Shown: one piece after another, positions 44,364-57,512 of the stretch
Layout of the letters: each line of letters begins with the position of its first letter
Position numbering within the stretch: position 1 is the first letter of the stretch
NCBI GenBank assembly: GCA_964016885.1
Contig: OZ024750.1
Span: 25,420,001-25,484,000 of the forward strand
Source of the DNA: Eledone cirrhosa
Taxonomy: Eukaryota
Reading direction: 5' to 3'
Length of the DNA: 64,000 bases
The notes under the pieces: model-generated
Seen by the model: the letters and a program-made list of their open reading frames with translations, nothing else
Told to the model about the DNA's origin: nothing
Databases searched by the model: none
Translations under genes and position numbers: made by a program

Positions 44364-45029
44364 TGCATAGTGAGTGAAATTTCTTCTTCTATACATCCAT
44401 TACTGGTGCTAGGACAAAGTACTTCCTCCTTCAGCTCACCCAATCTACCACTACCAGCTGAATTTCCAGTTGAATTTCCCCCGCCTCCCACCCAATATCA
44501 TCTTCAAGAACATCTTTCAGTGTGGTGGCTGGTCTCCCAACTCGTCTATATGCAACAGGTTTCCAGAAAATAAAAAACATAACTGAGTGAAATTTGGTAG
44601 ACAGTAACTGTGCTGAAGTCCATCACGTGTACAAATATATTCTTTATTGCAAGTAACTGCAATGATCCAGTGTTTTGATAGTTCAAAAAAAAAAAAAAAG
44701 TCAAAATTTCATCTGCATTACTTGTAATAAATAGTACCTATACTCTACTTTTTTTTTTATTAAAGTATCAACTACTATGTTAAGCCTTTAGCATTTAAAC
44801 AAGCCATATCCGACCAGAATTCTTTCACCCCTATCTATACAAACCAACCGTAACTAGCCACTCATACTGATGTAAGGTATTGTTCTCAAAATAAATAATA
44901 TCAAAATCTCGTAGATTTGATATTATGTGATATAAAGTCTTTACTGTGAAAATACAGTAGTAAATATAGAGTAATGTAAATGTTTTATCTTTAAGCAGTT
45001 GAAAAAAGAACCTAAGTTGTATTACTCAC

Positions 45030-45114
45030 CGATAAGATACGTAAGTATCAAGTTGTTCACCAGGCTACCAAACCAAGCAAAGAAAGCCATGACTCCCATT
45101 GTTACAGCGAAATA
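45030..45114 (-). CDS. ARL6IP1: ARL6IP1 internal exon: YFAVTMGVMAFFAWFGSLVNNLILTYLI
   Basis: TTGCAG acceptor and GTGAGT donor; 85 nt. Aligns by recall with human YFMTMIVSLAAVAWVGQQVHNLLLTYLI. Confidence 0.94.
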
Positions 45115-45496
45115 CTGCAATAAAAAATATATTATTATTTCAATACATTCTCCTATATATAGTAAGCTCAGGCTTAGGGTGATTAACTCCCAGTTCTTTT
45201 TATTCTTCATAGCAAAAAGTTGACAGCAGCTGCAGTGTCCTCTTCTAAAGTCTGTTAAGTCCAAATTCAGAAACATATTTTGATACACAGTTGATAGACA
45301 TTATTTTTCAGTAACTGGTTCCACTATTCTTCAGCACCCAACAATTACCAAAACTCAGGCGAGACCTAAAATGAAGTGCTACCCCCCCCCCCCCCCCCCC
45401 CCAACCACCACCATATCTGGGACAGTGGTCTTATTGTTAATAACATTGATATCTAGAACATATCTGAAACAGTGCTGTTGTTGGTAACACAGATAA

Positions 45497-45975
45497 CTTG
45501 CACCAGATCTACCAAGTAAAGATAGTTTAATCCTGTAACAGTAACAGCTTACACCAGATCTACCAAGGAAAGATAGTTTAATCCTGTTGTGTAACAGTAA
45601 CAGCTTACACCAGATCTACCAAGTAAAGATAGTTTAATCCTGTAACAGTAACAGCTTACACCAGATCTACCAAGTAAAGATAGTTTAATCCTGTTGTGTA
45701 ACAGTAACAGCTTACACCAGATCTACCAAGTAAAGATAGTTTAATCCTGTTGTGTAACAGTAACAACTTACACCAGATCTACCAAGTAAAGATAAGTTTA
45801 ATTCTGTTGTGTAACAGTAACAGCTTACACCAGATCTACCAAGTAAAGATAGTTTAATTCTGTTGTGTAACAGTAACAGCTTACACCAGATCTACCAAGT
45901 AAAGATAGTTTAATTCTGTTGTGTAACAGTAACAGCTTACACCAGATCTACCAAGTAAAGATAGTTTAATTCTGT
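45497..45975. repeat. 49-55-bp minisatellite, about nine copies
   Basis: Unit CTTACACCAGATCTACCAAGTAAAGATAGTTTAATCCTG(TTGTG)TAACAGTAACAG. Confidence 0.92.
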
Positions 45976-46683
45976 TATATGACACTAACTTTAAGATTCT
46001 TCTTCATCGTCAAATGGCAACACCAGAGAAAGCTACAGCACAAAATGTCCTTCTATGTCAAGATCTTCATTTACAGCTACATACGCAATTCACTAGTTGT
46101 GTGTAAAAGAGTCTTAATGATCTAAGACCCGAGGAATAATTGTGGGTAACATTTAACCCTAAAAGCACAAGATACAGTTATTGAGGTTCCAGGTAAAATT
46201 CCTGATCAGATCAAACAGAGATAAATGGATCAAGTTTCACTTATAGCTGAATATAAAACAACAATTCAACCTTTTATATGTGTGTGTGTATGTGTATGTG
46301 TGTGTGTATGTGTATGTGTGTGCGTGTGTGTATGTGTATCTCGGGTTCAAACGGGGGGGTAACCACAGTAAGTAAGGTACTCAATACATAGTAGAGTATA
46401 TACAATATTTAATATAGAAATGGCTTCTACAGGACTAGAACCGTTTCATTCAAAGGAATCGTCAGGGCTTCCTTCAAATGAAACAGTTATAGTCCTGTAG
46501 AAGCTATTTCTATATTAAATATATATATATAAACATGACATTGTAGGTTAGTTGGAAAGGAGTGTCGTATTTTCAGTTGAGCCTATATCCTTCTGAAAGT
46601 CTGTACATATTACTGAACAGCTTCTAGAAAAAGATGCAAGATTAAATAGAAAGCAATTTTTAAAAAGAAAACACCATACTAAC

Positions 46684-46801
46684 CACCTTTGGTTTCTCTA
46701 CTTTAAGTCCCACTAATGTATTCTTCACATTAACCAGATGGTCCCTTACATGCATGATACGCTCACATATTTGCTCAAATTGTTGTTCTTGAACCACGGT
46801 C
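46684..46801 (-). CDS. ARL6IP1: ARL6IP1 internal exon: TVVQEQQFEQICERIMHVRDHLVNVKNTLVGLKVEKPKV
   Basis: T-rich tract plus AAG acceptor and GTTAGT donor; 118 nt. Aligns by recall with human TTEQQQRFHEIC...LKEEKPKM. Phase matches both neighbours. Confidence 0.92.
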
Positions 46802-47481
46802 CTTAAAAACAAAATGAAAGACAGAAATAAAATTTCAACCATGGTCCTTAAAAACAAAAGAAAAGACAGAAATAAAATATTTATTCTATACAACAGTTAA
46901 AATGTTAAGAAGAGGAAAGTGATATATAATTATCTTGAAAAGAATTTATATAAAAATACTCTATTTGAACGTCTGATTTCAAATCCTGCTGAGGTTAACT
47001 TTGCTTTTCATCCTTATGGGGTCGATAAAATAAAGTACCAGTAATGCGGTGGGGTAATTGCTGGCCTTCTGCCAAAAGTAGAAATAATTATTTGAAGGTG
47101 ACAAATTGGCAGAGTCATTAGAACGTTGGATAGAATACTTCATAGTATTTCATCTGACTCTCAGCTCTCTGAGTTCAAATCCCACATAAGTCAACTTTAC
47201 CTTTTATCCTTTTGAGGTAGATAAAAAAATATAAGATCTAGTTCTGGAGGTCGATTCTCTATCTCATTTAATTAATAAGCATTTTTCAATAATAATCATA
47301 ATCAGTTTACATTGAGTTTCTATCATAGGACTTCAATGGAAACAATGTTGTTCCTTTATTAATGATTATTACTTTTTGAAATCCTCCAGAAACATTTCAA
47401 CAAAGTCAAATACAATCCCAAAATATAATGCCAGAAGCCACAGCCACCATCACCATCTATTTCATGCCTGTACATCTAAGT

Positions 47482-47534
47482 GAATGCCACTGATGAAAGA
47501 TTAACAAATCTTGAAACAGCATTGTCTGACATTC
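47482..47534 (+). ncRNA. Type-I hammerhead ribozyme, first of a tandem pair
   Basis: gaatgcca CTGATGA aagatt aaca aatctt GAAA ca gcat tg TC tgacattc: intact core, 6-bp helix II, GUC triplet and helix I with 7 of 8 pairs. Confidence 0.8.
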
Positions 47535-47620
47535 TCAGAACATACTGGCAACTCAGTCTATAGTCTATATATATTTTCCTCTGTGAATATATCACTATTT
47601 CCATGCCAGTATGTTCTAAG

Positions 47621-47667
47621 TGTCACTGATGAAAGATTCACAAATCTTAAAACAGCACTGTCTGACA
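47621..47667 (+). ncRNA. Hammerhead ribozyme with a G12A core substitution, second of the pair and probably inactive
   Basis: tgtca CTGATGA aagatt caca aatctt AAAA cag ca ctg TC tgaca: all three helices pair, but GAAA reads AAAA. Confidence 0.7.
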
Positions 47668-48499
47668 ACTCAGTGATATATTCACAGAGGAAAATAGAGA
47701 AAAACAACATTTTTTTCTGTTTCATGAGGAAAAAATATTTTTCTTTACCAGCAAGGCTACCCATATGTTTATTGTATATAAACATATTACATATGTTTTC
47801 ATATACACCTCTGTTTGTCTGTCTGTCTATGTATGTGTGTGTGTGTGTGCCTGTGTGTGTGCCTGTGTGCCTGTGTGTGTGCCTGTCTGTGTCTGTGTGT
47901 GCTTGTGTGTGTGTGTGCTTGTGTGTGTGTGTGCTTGTGTGTGTGTGTGCTTGTCTGTATGTGTGCTTGTGTGTATGTGTGTGTGTGTATGTGTGTGTGT
48001 GTGTCTGTATGTGTGTGTGCTTGTCTGTATGTGTGCTTGTCTGTATGTGTGCTTGTCTGTATGTGTGCTTGTGTGCTTGTGTGTGCGTGTGCGTGTGCGT
48101 GTGTGTGTGTGTGACTCCAGTATCAATAGATCAAGTACTCTGTAATAACAGCAACTTACTTAAAATACAAGATCAGATAAGATCAAGTGGTTAATATGAG
48201 AGTGGAGATATTGTAGGTTGATATTGGCTGGTAGTTAAGATACTTGACTTATTCACATAAAGTTCAACAATTCAAAGACTCATCTTCTATTAAGTTTATA
48301 TTGTAATCTTAAGCAATACACTTTAGTCTACTTTGCTTTGATAAAACTAACAGTAAATAGGTTTCATTAAACCTAATGAATCCAAATGTTGTAAAATAGA
48401 ATTAGTTAAATGGATAAGGAATTGTAAAATATTGTTGTATTTGAGGATGGTCATGTTGTCAATTTTACCAATAAAAACACATTCATTATTTAATTCTCA

Positions 48500-48684
48500 C
48501 TGGCGGCGAATTGGCAGTATCGGTAGAGGGTTGGACGCCATGCTTTCTAGCATAGTTACGTCCCTTTACAATCTGAGTTCAAATCCCGCTGAGGTTAACT
48601 TTGCCTTTCATCCTTACGGGGTCGATAAAATAAAGTACCAGTAATGTACTGGGTAATTGCTGGCCTTGTGCCTAAAGTAGAAAC
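48500..48684 (+). mobile_element. SINE family A copy with target-site duplication
   Basis: ATTATTTAATTCTCACT on both flanks. Further partial copies at about 46970-47225. Confidence 0.88.
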
Positions 48685-49260
48685 AATTATTTAATTCTCA
48701 CTTCAGCTTTATTATTGGGATCAAGCCAGATCAATTTAATTGAGATTAAATCATGTGAAACCATTTTTCTGATTTGAGAGCTGATGAGGGTGAAGATATG
48801 TGTGTGTGAACTTATCTTGTACATAACCTTTATTTATTTCCTTTTCCGGTCATTTCTGTGTGTCACCACACTTCTCTTTGTTGTCCTCATCCTCTTTCAA
48901 TCTTTTCTATATTTCATCTCCCTCTCACCCATCTTGTAGATTGTCTCTCTGTTGACCTCTGGCCACTGGTCTCTGTCATCTGAGGCATATTTGTCCATCG
49001 TTGTCTTGGACAGCATTTGGCTGTTTTAACAGCTGTTCTAGCAATGATGAGTTTTCTCATTTTTATATGTATTTATTTCTTATTTGTTTAATATTAACAC
49101 AGGTAAGTATTTGTGTGATGGTTGGTTTGTGATTCATAAATGGTTGAATTGAAATACGCAAATGTCTAAATTAACAAAAAAAATGTTAATTGATCTTAAT
49201 TAACAAGAAGAAATAAATAAATAAAAAAATTGTGAATGTTGAAGTTCATAAATTACTTAC

Positions 49261-49377
49261 CAGGTTTCTGGTCCATAAATAGACGACAGAAGTGGAACAA
49301 GAAAGTCAACTAAACTGATAGTCATTCCCAAGAGAGCAATTGTGGTCAAGAAGGATGGCTCGAAATACCACACTAAA
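49261..49377 (-). CDS. ARL6IP1: ARL6IP1 (ER-shaping, reticulon-like membrane protein) internal exon: LVWYFEPSFLTTIALLGMTISLVDFLVPLLSSIYGPETW
   Basis: TTTCAG acceptor and GTAAGT donor on the - strand. Aligns by recall with human IIYYLDPSVLS...LADYLVPILAPRIFGSNKW. Confidence 0.92.
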
Positions 49378-49790
49378 CTGAAATATTAAGAAACAACATA
49401 TTAAAACAATATTAAAGATTTTCATTCAATAATATATCTTAACCCTTTAGCATTCTCATTATTTTATATATACTATTATATTTTAATGGTAAAGGCTTTA
49501 CCTCACATAATATCGAATCTATGAGATTTTGAAAGTATTTATTTTGAAAACAATACCTTAACATCAGTTTGAGCAACCAATTACAGCCAGTTTCAGCAGA
49601 AAGAGGTAGAGAATTATGGCTGGTTTTGGGCGGTTTGAACACTAAAGGGTTAAAACAAGCAAATAATTTTGTTTTTGTTTTTTTTTCCTTCAACATTTCA
49701 TATCATATATTTTTTTCAATTTTGATCATTTTGATGAAATTTATTATTTAATTGTTGAAAGAAGTCCTTATCTGAGGAAGAGAATTATGT

Positions 49791-49828
<38 letters not shown>

Positions 49829-50217
49829 TAATCTCTAATACTGGCAAAACCACAAACCAAAGAAGTACTAAATACATGGTAAGATGCAGAGTGGGTATAT
49901 TAGTGAAAGTAGAGGATCTACCATGAGCTCGGCTTGTACTGGTAGCATGGTTTCTACAGCTGGAGGCCCTTCCTAACACCAACCACTTTACAGCTTGTAC
50001 TGGTAGCATGGTTTCTACAGCTGGAGGCCCTTCCTAACACCAACCACTTTACAGTATACACTGGAAGCATTTTATCATTACTCAGGCACTACCACCTTAA
50101 AGGGTGGACTGGATGCCTTTCTTTGTGGCATTACAATTTGTAATATTTCACAACTGTTGATTATTTGAACCAATTAACAAACCATCCATAAATTCAATCT
50201 AAGATTATGGTCTCTCC

Positions 50218-50291
<74 letters not shown>

Positions 50292-50567
50292 GGTTTTCAC
50301 ATAACTTAAACATCTGTTTCTGCCTGTGTAACAACCTGACTACCTATATGCCTGTCTACTTACCTGTCTGTCTGTCTACCTGCCCACCTGTCTGTTTTTC
50401 AATCTCTTCAGTTAAAAGTTTACAAAGTGAATGTAAAATATTTTGAAATTAAGATTGCTCATAAACGTCTCAAATTACTGACCCCACCCTCTGCCCTTGC
50501 CACAAATCTTAACTGTTCTTCTTTGACTATCTACTACACACCAAGAATCCCACATGCACATATATGT

Positions 50568-50600
<33 letters not shown>

Positions 50601-50609
50601 TGAACTCAG

Positions 50610-50676
<67 letters not shown>

Positions 50677-52635
50677 TACTCAGGTTCTATTTTGTGTCAG
50701 TGTTAATGAGAAAAATTTGAAATTTGAGATGTTCATCTTGATAGAAAATAAAAAGAAGAAACAATTAAAAAGAAAATATAAATTTCTTCTGCCAAAACTG
50801 TTTCTTAACCCAACAGGTTTTAAAAGTACAAATCGACAATATTACACTTTAGTTGAGATCTCTCACAACACACGAAATGACATCTTAAGCTTGTACTTCA
50901 TCTTTACACCATATACATCAACTTTACATCTTGCACCTCACCTTTACATCTTACACATTAATTTTACACATCAACTTTACACGTTACACCTCGCCTTTAC
51001 ACGTTACACCTCACCTTTACACGTTACACATCTACTTTACACCTTACAGATTACATTTACACCTTAGACACCACCTTTATACCTTACACATCACTTTTAC
51101 ACCTTTCAAACCTCGCATTTACACCTTACAAACCTCCTTTATTCCTTATAAATCTATCATCTACTTCTATGGAGCCTTCTTTGAGTTGCAAAGTGTTTAT
51201 TTCACTGATACTCTTACTATTAATTACTGCCATATTATCAGCCACATACAAAGTTTATCTTCATTGTTAGCCTACCTCCAATCCCATTACACCTCTGAAG
51301 TACATCATAGTTTAATAATTTTAACAGCTGTTGTTCTATGTTAGTATGCAATAGATAGGTATACAATATCGTATCTCATTTGTATCATCTCATTTATGAA
51401 GTCCACATCTCTCATATTTTTATCTGTCTTCATCAACATCTGCTCTGAGTAGATTTAAAATTTTTTTTTTTCACCCAGTAACTCATCTATTTAGATCACA
51501 TCTACATCAGCAAACATCTTCACCCATCTACACCACATTTACATCAATATCTTCAACCAATAACTCATTTATTTTACATCACATCTATACAATCAATATC
51601 ACATCTATTTAACATCACATTTATACCAACAAATATCTTCACCCAATAACTCTCATGTACCTACATCACATCTATACCAACATCTTCACCCATCAACATC
51701 ACATTGTTACCAACAAACATCTCCAACCAGTAACTCTCATCTATTAACATCACATCTAATCACATCTTTACCAACATCTCCAGCCAATAACTCTCATCTA
51801 TCCCACAACAAACAACTTCAGTAACATTATCCAAACCCTGTATTGCCCAGTCACTTTCAAATTGTTACCACACAAACTATTTTTCACCAATTAACATTGA
51901 ATATCAAATGGAGCAAATAAAAACTTGTTTCCTACTGGAATTTTATACTAAATGTAACAAAAACTAAATTCCTTCAAATTTTTGTTTATTATCAAAACTA
52001 ATTGAAACACTTTAGCAATGAATTTCATTAGGAATATGATAACAAAAGAGTTAAGAAACTTACACTCTTTCACACAATCTTTTATGTCTACATAGATGTA
52101 TTAAAGGCACAACATATTGGAATATTGCCAAAATATGTGACATGTGTTTTGACAATAGCGAAAAAATATTTCTTCCACTAACTTCGTTGCTAACACAGAT
52201 TCTTTTCAGCATTAAATGATATCAGATTTCTTTCATACCTATTTTGTATCTTTATTATAAATCTTAGATCAAATGGTTTCAGGGAATTTTTTTTCTAAAC
52301 ATGATCACCTGACTACATAGCTAACAACACAAGGTATCAGTCTACATAAAACGAGCTTTAAAAGTTCAGCAGCATTGTTTAATGTCTATTTTCCATGCTG
52401 ATATGGGTTAGACAGGTTGTCCCATCTGAGGCAAGTTGGATCAGAACTGTTTCTGGTTTGGTTTCTATGGCTGAATGCCAACCACATTTACAGTATATGA
52501 TGGGTGCTTTTTGTTGTGACACCTACATGACCACTTTACAATGTGTGCTGGGTGCTTTTTGATATGACACTTATATACATATATATATATAATAATAATA
52601 AACAAAAAAGACACTTATTTTAGTCCATCCCTATT

Positions 52636-52710
52636 ATTTTATTATACGTATTTCAAAGATGTATGGCTTATGTATAACATAAGTCAAAACATGTTCTCTT
52701 CAGATAAAAT
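52636..52710 (-). ncRNA. Type-I hammerhead ribozyme, sense strand of an ARL6IP1 intron
   Basis: - strand reads attttat CTGAAGA [imperfect long helix II] GAAA tacgta TA ataaaat. 7-bp helix I and palindromic helix III ATACGTAT. Confidence 0.72.
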
Positions 52711-53052
52711 TCACATGAGATCTAGATATCATTTGATATGCAGGCAGTCAAACGAGCTATATATAGCAAGTTTTGATATTAGTATTTGTAAAATAATGTA
52801 AACTTTTGGTTGTGTTAGACATTCAGGGGGTCAAATTTAACAGATTTAGGACTGATACTACTACGACTAATATTACTAGCACTAATATTACTGGGACTAA
52901 TATTATTAGCAATAATATTACTGGCAATAATATTACTAGCAGTTGCCATTGAAGAAGATACAGGATTATCCAGTGAAGAACTGAGGTAGTTAATGCTTGA
53001 TCGTATAAGATAGAAAGGTTTTATCCTATCACCACCAAGAAGTGGATTAATT

Positions 53053-53088
<36 letters not shown>

Positions 53089-53307
53089 CAGCAACAACAG
53101 CAGCAGTTGCCATTACTAGTAGTACTATTACTAGCAATAAAAGACAGTAAACAATAGATTTTGGTTCTTTATTTTAGAATATAAAAGCAAAGCAAAAAGA
53201 GAAGTATTTGAATAAATGTCAGCTTGTGACCAATGAAATCTTAATTATTCCAGCATCATTGTTAACTGATACAATCTGATATAATCAGGATAATGGTGGA
53301 AACGACT

Positions 53308-54237
53308 TTAGTGTATACCATATATGGTAGAAAGAAAGGAGCTGGTCATCAGATCAGACCAAGGAAAGATTGTTCCCATTGGTCTTTTAGTATATACCAT
53401 ATATGGTAGAAAGAAAGAAAGGAGCTGGTCATCAGATCAGACCAAGGAAAGATTGTTCCAATTGGTCTTTTAGTATATACCATATATGGTAGAAAGAAAG
53501 GAACTGGTCATCTGATCAGACCAAGGAAAGATTGTTTCTGTTGGTCTTTTAGTGTATACCATATATGGTAGAAAGAAAGGAGCTGGTCATCAGATCAGAC
53601 CAAGGAAAGATTGTTTCTGTTGGTCTTTTAGTGTATACCATATATGGTATAAAGAAAGGAGCTGGTCATCAGATCAGACCAAGGAAAGATTGTTTCTGTT
53701 GGTCTTTTAGTGTATACCATATATGGTAGAAAGAAAGGAGCTGGTCATCAGATCAGACCAAGGAAAGATTGTTTCTGTTGGTCTTTTAGTATATACCATA
53801 TATGGTAGAAAGAAAGGAGCTGGTCATCAGATCAGACCAAGGAAAGATTGTTTCTGTTGGTCTTTTAGTGTATACCATATATGGTAGAAAGAAAGAAAGG
53901 AGCTGGTCATCAGATCAGACCAAGGAAAGATTGTTCCAATTGGTCTTTTAGTATATACCATATATGGTAGAAAGAAAGGAACTGGTCATCAGATCAGACC
54001 AAGGAAAGATTGTTTCTGTTGGTCTTTTAGTGTATACCATATATGGTAGAAAGAAAGGAGCTGGTCATCAGATCAGACCAAGGAAAGATTGTTTCTGTTG
54101 GTCTTTTAGTGTATACCATATATGGTAGAAAGAAAGGAGCTGGTCATCAGATCAGACCAAGGAAAGATTGTTTCTGTTGGTCTTTTAGTGTATACCATAT
54201 ATGGTAGAAAGAAAGGAGCTGGTCATCAGATCAGGTC
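53308..54237. repeat. 79-bp minisatellite, about 11.7 copies
   Basis: Unit TTAGTGTATACCATATATGGTAGAAAGAAAGGAGCTGGTCATCAGATCAGACCAAGGAAAGATTGTTTCTGTTGGTCTT. Confidence 0.95.
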
Positions 54238-54569
54238 TTTCCATTACTGTAACTATCTAACAATTCTACTAATTCATATAACAATTCTACCAATTCACCT
54301 AACAATTCTACTAATTTGACACAACATTGAAAGGAAAGGGAAGGTAATTGGGTGAGAAATCTAAATATAAGATAAGAAGCCATTAATAATTTGATACTAA
54401 CGACATTTCTCTTAAAGATGAAAGGTAACTGAAGTGTTACATTAGAATTTTGACAGGAGATAGAAGTATATCTCCTCAACTCTTATTACAAGTATTAGTT
54501 TTCATATACAGACAGTTTGGTTTTGTTTTTGTTCATAACATTATTCTAGTCACCTACCTAATATCTATA

Positions 54570-55370
54570 TAACTGTTATTAACTATACATAACTGTTATT
54601 GACTGTACATAACTGTTATTGACTGTACATAACTGTTAATAACTGTTAACTGTACATAACTGTTATTGACTGTACATATCTGTTATTAACTGTACATATC
54701 TGTTATTAACTGTACATAACTTATTAACAGTACATAACCTATTAACAGTACATAACCTATTAACAGTACATAACCTATTAACAGTACATAACCTATTAAC
54801 AGTACATAACTTATTAACAGTACATAACTTATTAACAGTACATAACCTATTAACAGTACATAACCTATTAACAGTACATAACTTATTAACAGTACATAAC
54901 CTATTAACAGTACATAACCTATTAACAGTACATAACCTATTAACAGTACATAACCTATTAACAGTACATAACCTATTAACAGTACATAACTTATTAATGG
55001 TAGATAACTTATTAACGGTAGATAACTGCTATTGACTATACATAACTGTTATTAACTGCACATAACTGTTATTAACTGCACATAACTGTTATTAATTATG
55101 CATAACTGTTATTAACTGTAATAGCTGTTATTAATTATACATAACTGTTATTAACTGTGCATAACTGTTATTGACTGTACATAACTGTTATTAACTGTAC
55201 ATAACTGTTATTAACTGTACATAACTGTTATTAACTGTACATAACTTATTAACAGTACATAACTTATTAACAGTAAATAACTGTTATTGATCATTATTAA
55301 CTGTTACTAACTGTACATAACTGTTATTGATCATTATTAACTGTTACTAACTGTTATTAACTGTACATAA
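54570..55370. repeat. 17-20-bp minisatellite array
   Basis: CATAACTGTTATTAACTGTA units flank a block of CATAACCTATTAACAGTA units. Confidence 0.9.
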
Positions 55371-57205
55371 GTGTTTAAATAAGAAAACATGGTTTATTCT
55401 TACTTCAAAGTTAAACAGTTAACTAACTGTAGAAAGATCACACAACAGTACAAGTAATTTCTCTAAAAAGATGGTGTCTTTAAAAACAAATGTTAAAATG
55501 TTTTATATAAAAAATATACAAAAACTGAAATATTTCTGTAATGAGAAGCTAGATATGAGATATTAGGAAAAATTCCAGCTTTATGTTACTGTATTTTACT
55601 TTAAACTTCAAGATGTATGTTTACTTCAGCTGAAACTACAAGATAAGCCATCTAATTGTGATGAAATATAAGGACTTTTTTTTAAAATAAAATATATAGA
55701 ATTTATAGAATAATAAAAGTGAGAAATGGCTGAGTGAATAATTTATTGAACTATTGTGTCTTCATATAACATTTCAGGTGTTTTGTTTAGGTTTTTGTAG
55801 TTAAAAAGTCTAAGCCACTGCAAAAATTAAAATGTAATAGGACTTGTATCTTAGCCCGGGGGACATTTCTCTTTAAATAATTATGTTACAAAATTCAGAG
55901 CTAAACATCAACTTTATGAACCTCCATGATTTGTGAAACATTTACTTCTGTAATTACAGATAGTTATAAAAACAGAACTACACACCTCACCAACAAAGAA
56001 TGAAAAATAAAATAGAAATATTTGAAGATAGAATTGCTAGAAACATTAACTCGTTAGCATTTAAACCAGCCATATCTGGCCAGAACTCTCTCACCTCTTT
56101 CTGTTCAAACCAGTCACTCATACCAACATTAAGGTATTGTTCTCATCATCAAAATCTCATAGATTCGATAATTATGTGAGGTAAAGCATTTACCCTTAAA
56201 ATACAATAGTAAATATAGAGTAATGTAAATGCTAAAGGGTTAACTCAACAAGTAGGCCTGATAGTTGTGTAAAATTATGAGATTAGATCTTGTGTTTCTC
56301 CTATAGTTCAGAGAAAATAGAGAGACCAGTTTATGTTTGGCAGTAATAAAAGACAACACCAAACCTCCATAGATTATTGCTATCTTAATTATTAATTATT
56401 TCATAAAATCCAGCATTTTCGTAAATATTACTTTGTATAAATCTACCTGAAACTTCCCAGCAGTATAGTATTACCATTCTTAAATATAGAAATAAAATTC
56501 ACAGCGTTATTACTACTACTATTACCACCACTACTAATTTCCACTGGTGGTATCACTACCACCATCAATAAAATTTACAGCTCTACTACCATTACAACTA
56601 CTGATGCTGCTACTACTACTACTACTACCACTATTACTGCTGCTGAGATCAATAAATATATAGTACCAGTCATGTACTATGGTCAACATAATCGATTTTT
56701 CCCATCCCTCAAAATTTGCTAGCCTTGTGTATAAATTAGAAACTCTTCTTCTACTACTACTACAACTATTTCCACCACTATTACTACAACTATTACCACC
56801 ACTACAACTATCTCAACCACTACTAATACTATATCTATTACTACTACTACTAGCACTACAACTATTTCTGCCACTACTACTACAACTACTACTACTACCA
56901 CCACTACAACTATTTCAACCACTACAACAATCCCTACTACTACCACCACTACTACTAATACTACTACTAATTAACACTGCCGCTATCACTACCATTATCA
57001 TCATCATCATCATCAGCAGCATGTTTAGCTATATACAACTATTTTTTTTTAAAAAGGGATTGATAATGTTGATAAAATTAAAAACAGCAGACTTCTTACT
57101 AAATCTTAAGATGGCTTCCTTCTCGAAATTAAAACATTTATCAGAAACTGACTAAAAATTAGGAGCAAAGTTGTTTGCCAGATATTTCCATACCAGTGAA
57201 GAATA

Positions 57206-57480
57206 CCAATTTATTTTTACATATTATTATTATTATTAGCAACCACTTACCTCACTGCACGTTAAGAACTAGTATCTTACACTGAGAACAAGTAAAAGAA
57301 AGAAAACTAAGTGTTGAACTAGTTATTTTCTGGTGTTTAGCAATCAAGGTATGTCATAGCATATCTTAACACCAAGTAATTTAGAAAATTTACAGCTCAA
57401 TTGCAGGTCACACTATTTTAAAACACTCTTTTTAACCCTTTCCTTATCATATTTTTAATGAAAGACAATTTATTTTTACA

Positions 57481-57512
<32 letters not shown>

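Noticed and set aside
45497-45975. Possible CRISPR array
   Set aside because: Head-to-tail units with no variable spacers, in a eukaryotic intron.
48775-48830. CTGATGAGGG as a hammerhead start
   Set aside because: No matching helix II 3' strand or GAAA follows; at most a decayed remnant.
53308-54237. CRISPR-like array or tandem hammerheads (CTGATGA, GAAAC and GTC occur in each unit on the - strand)
   Set aside because: There are no unique spacers or cas genes, and no helix I, II or III pairing can be drawn around the core words.
56679-57155. Leu-rich 158-aa ORF (and the Val-rich ORF at 2496-2966)
   Set aside because: Translation of (CTA)/(CCA) trinucleotide low-complexity sequence.
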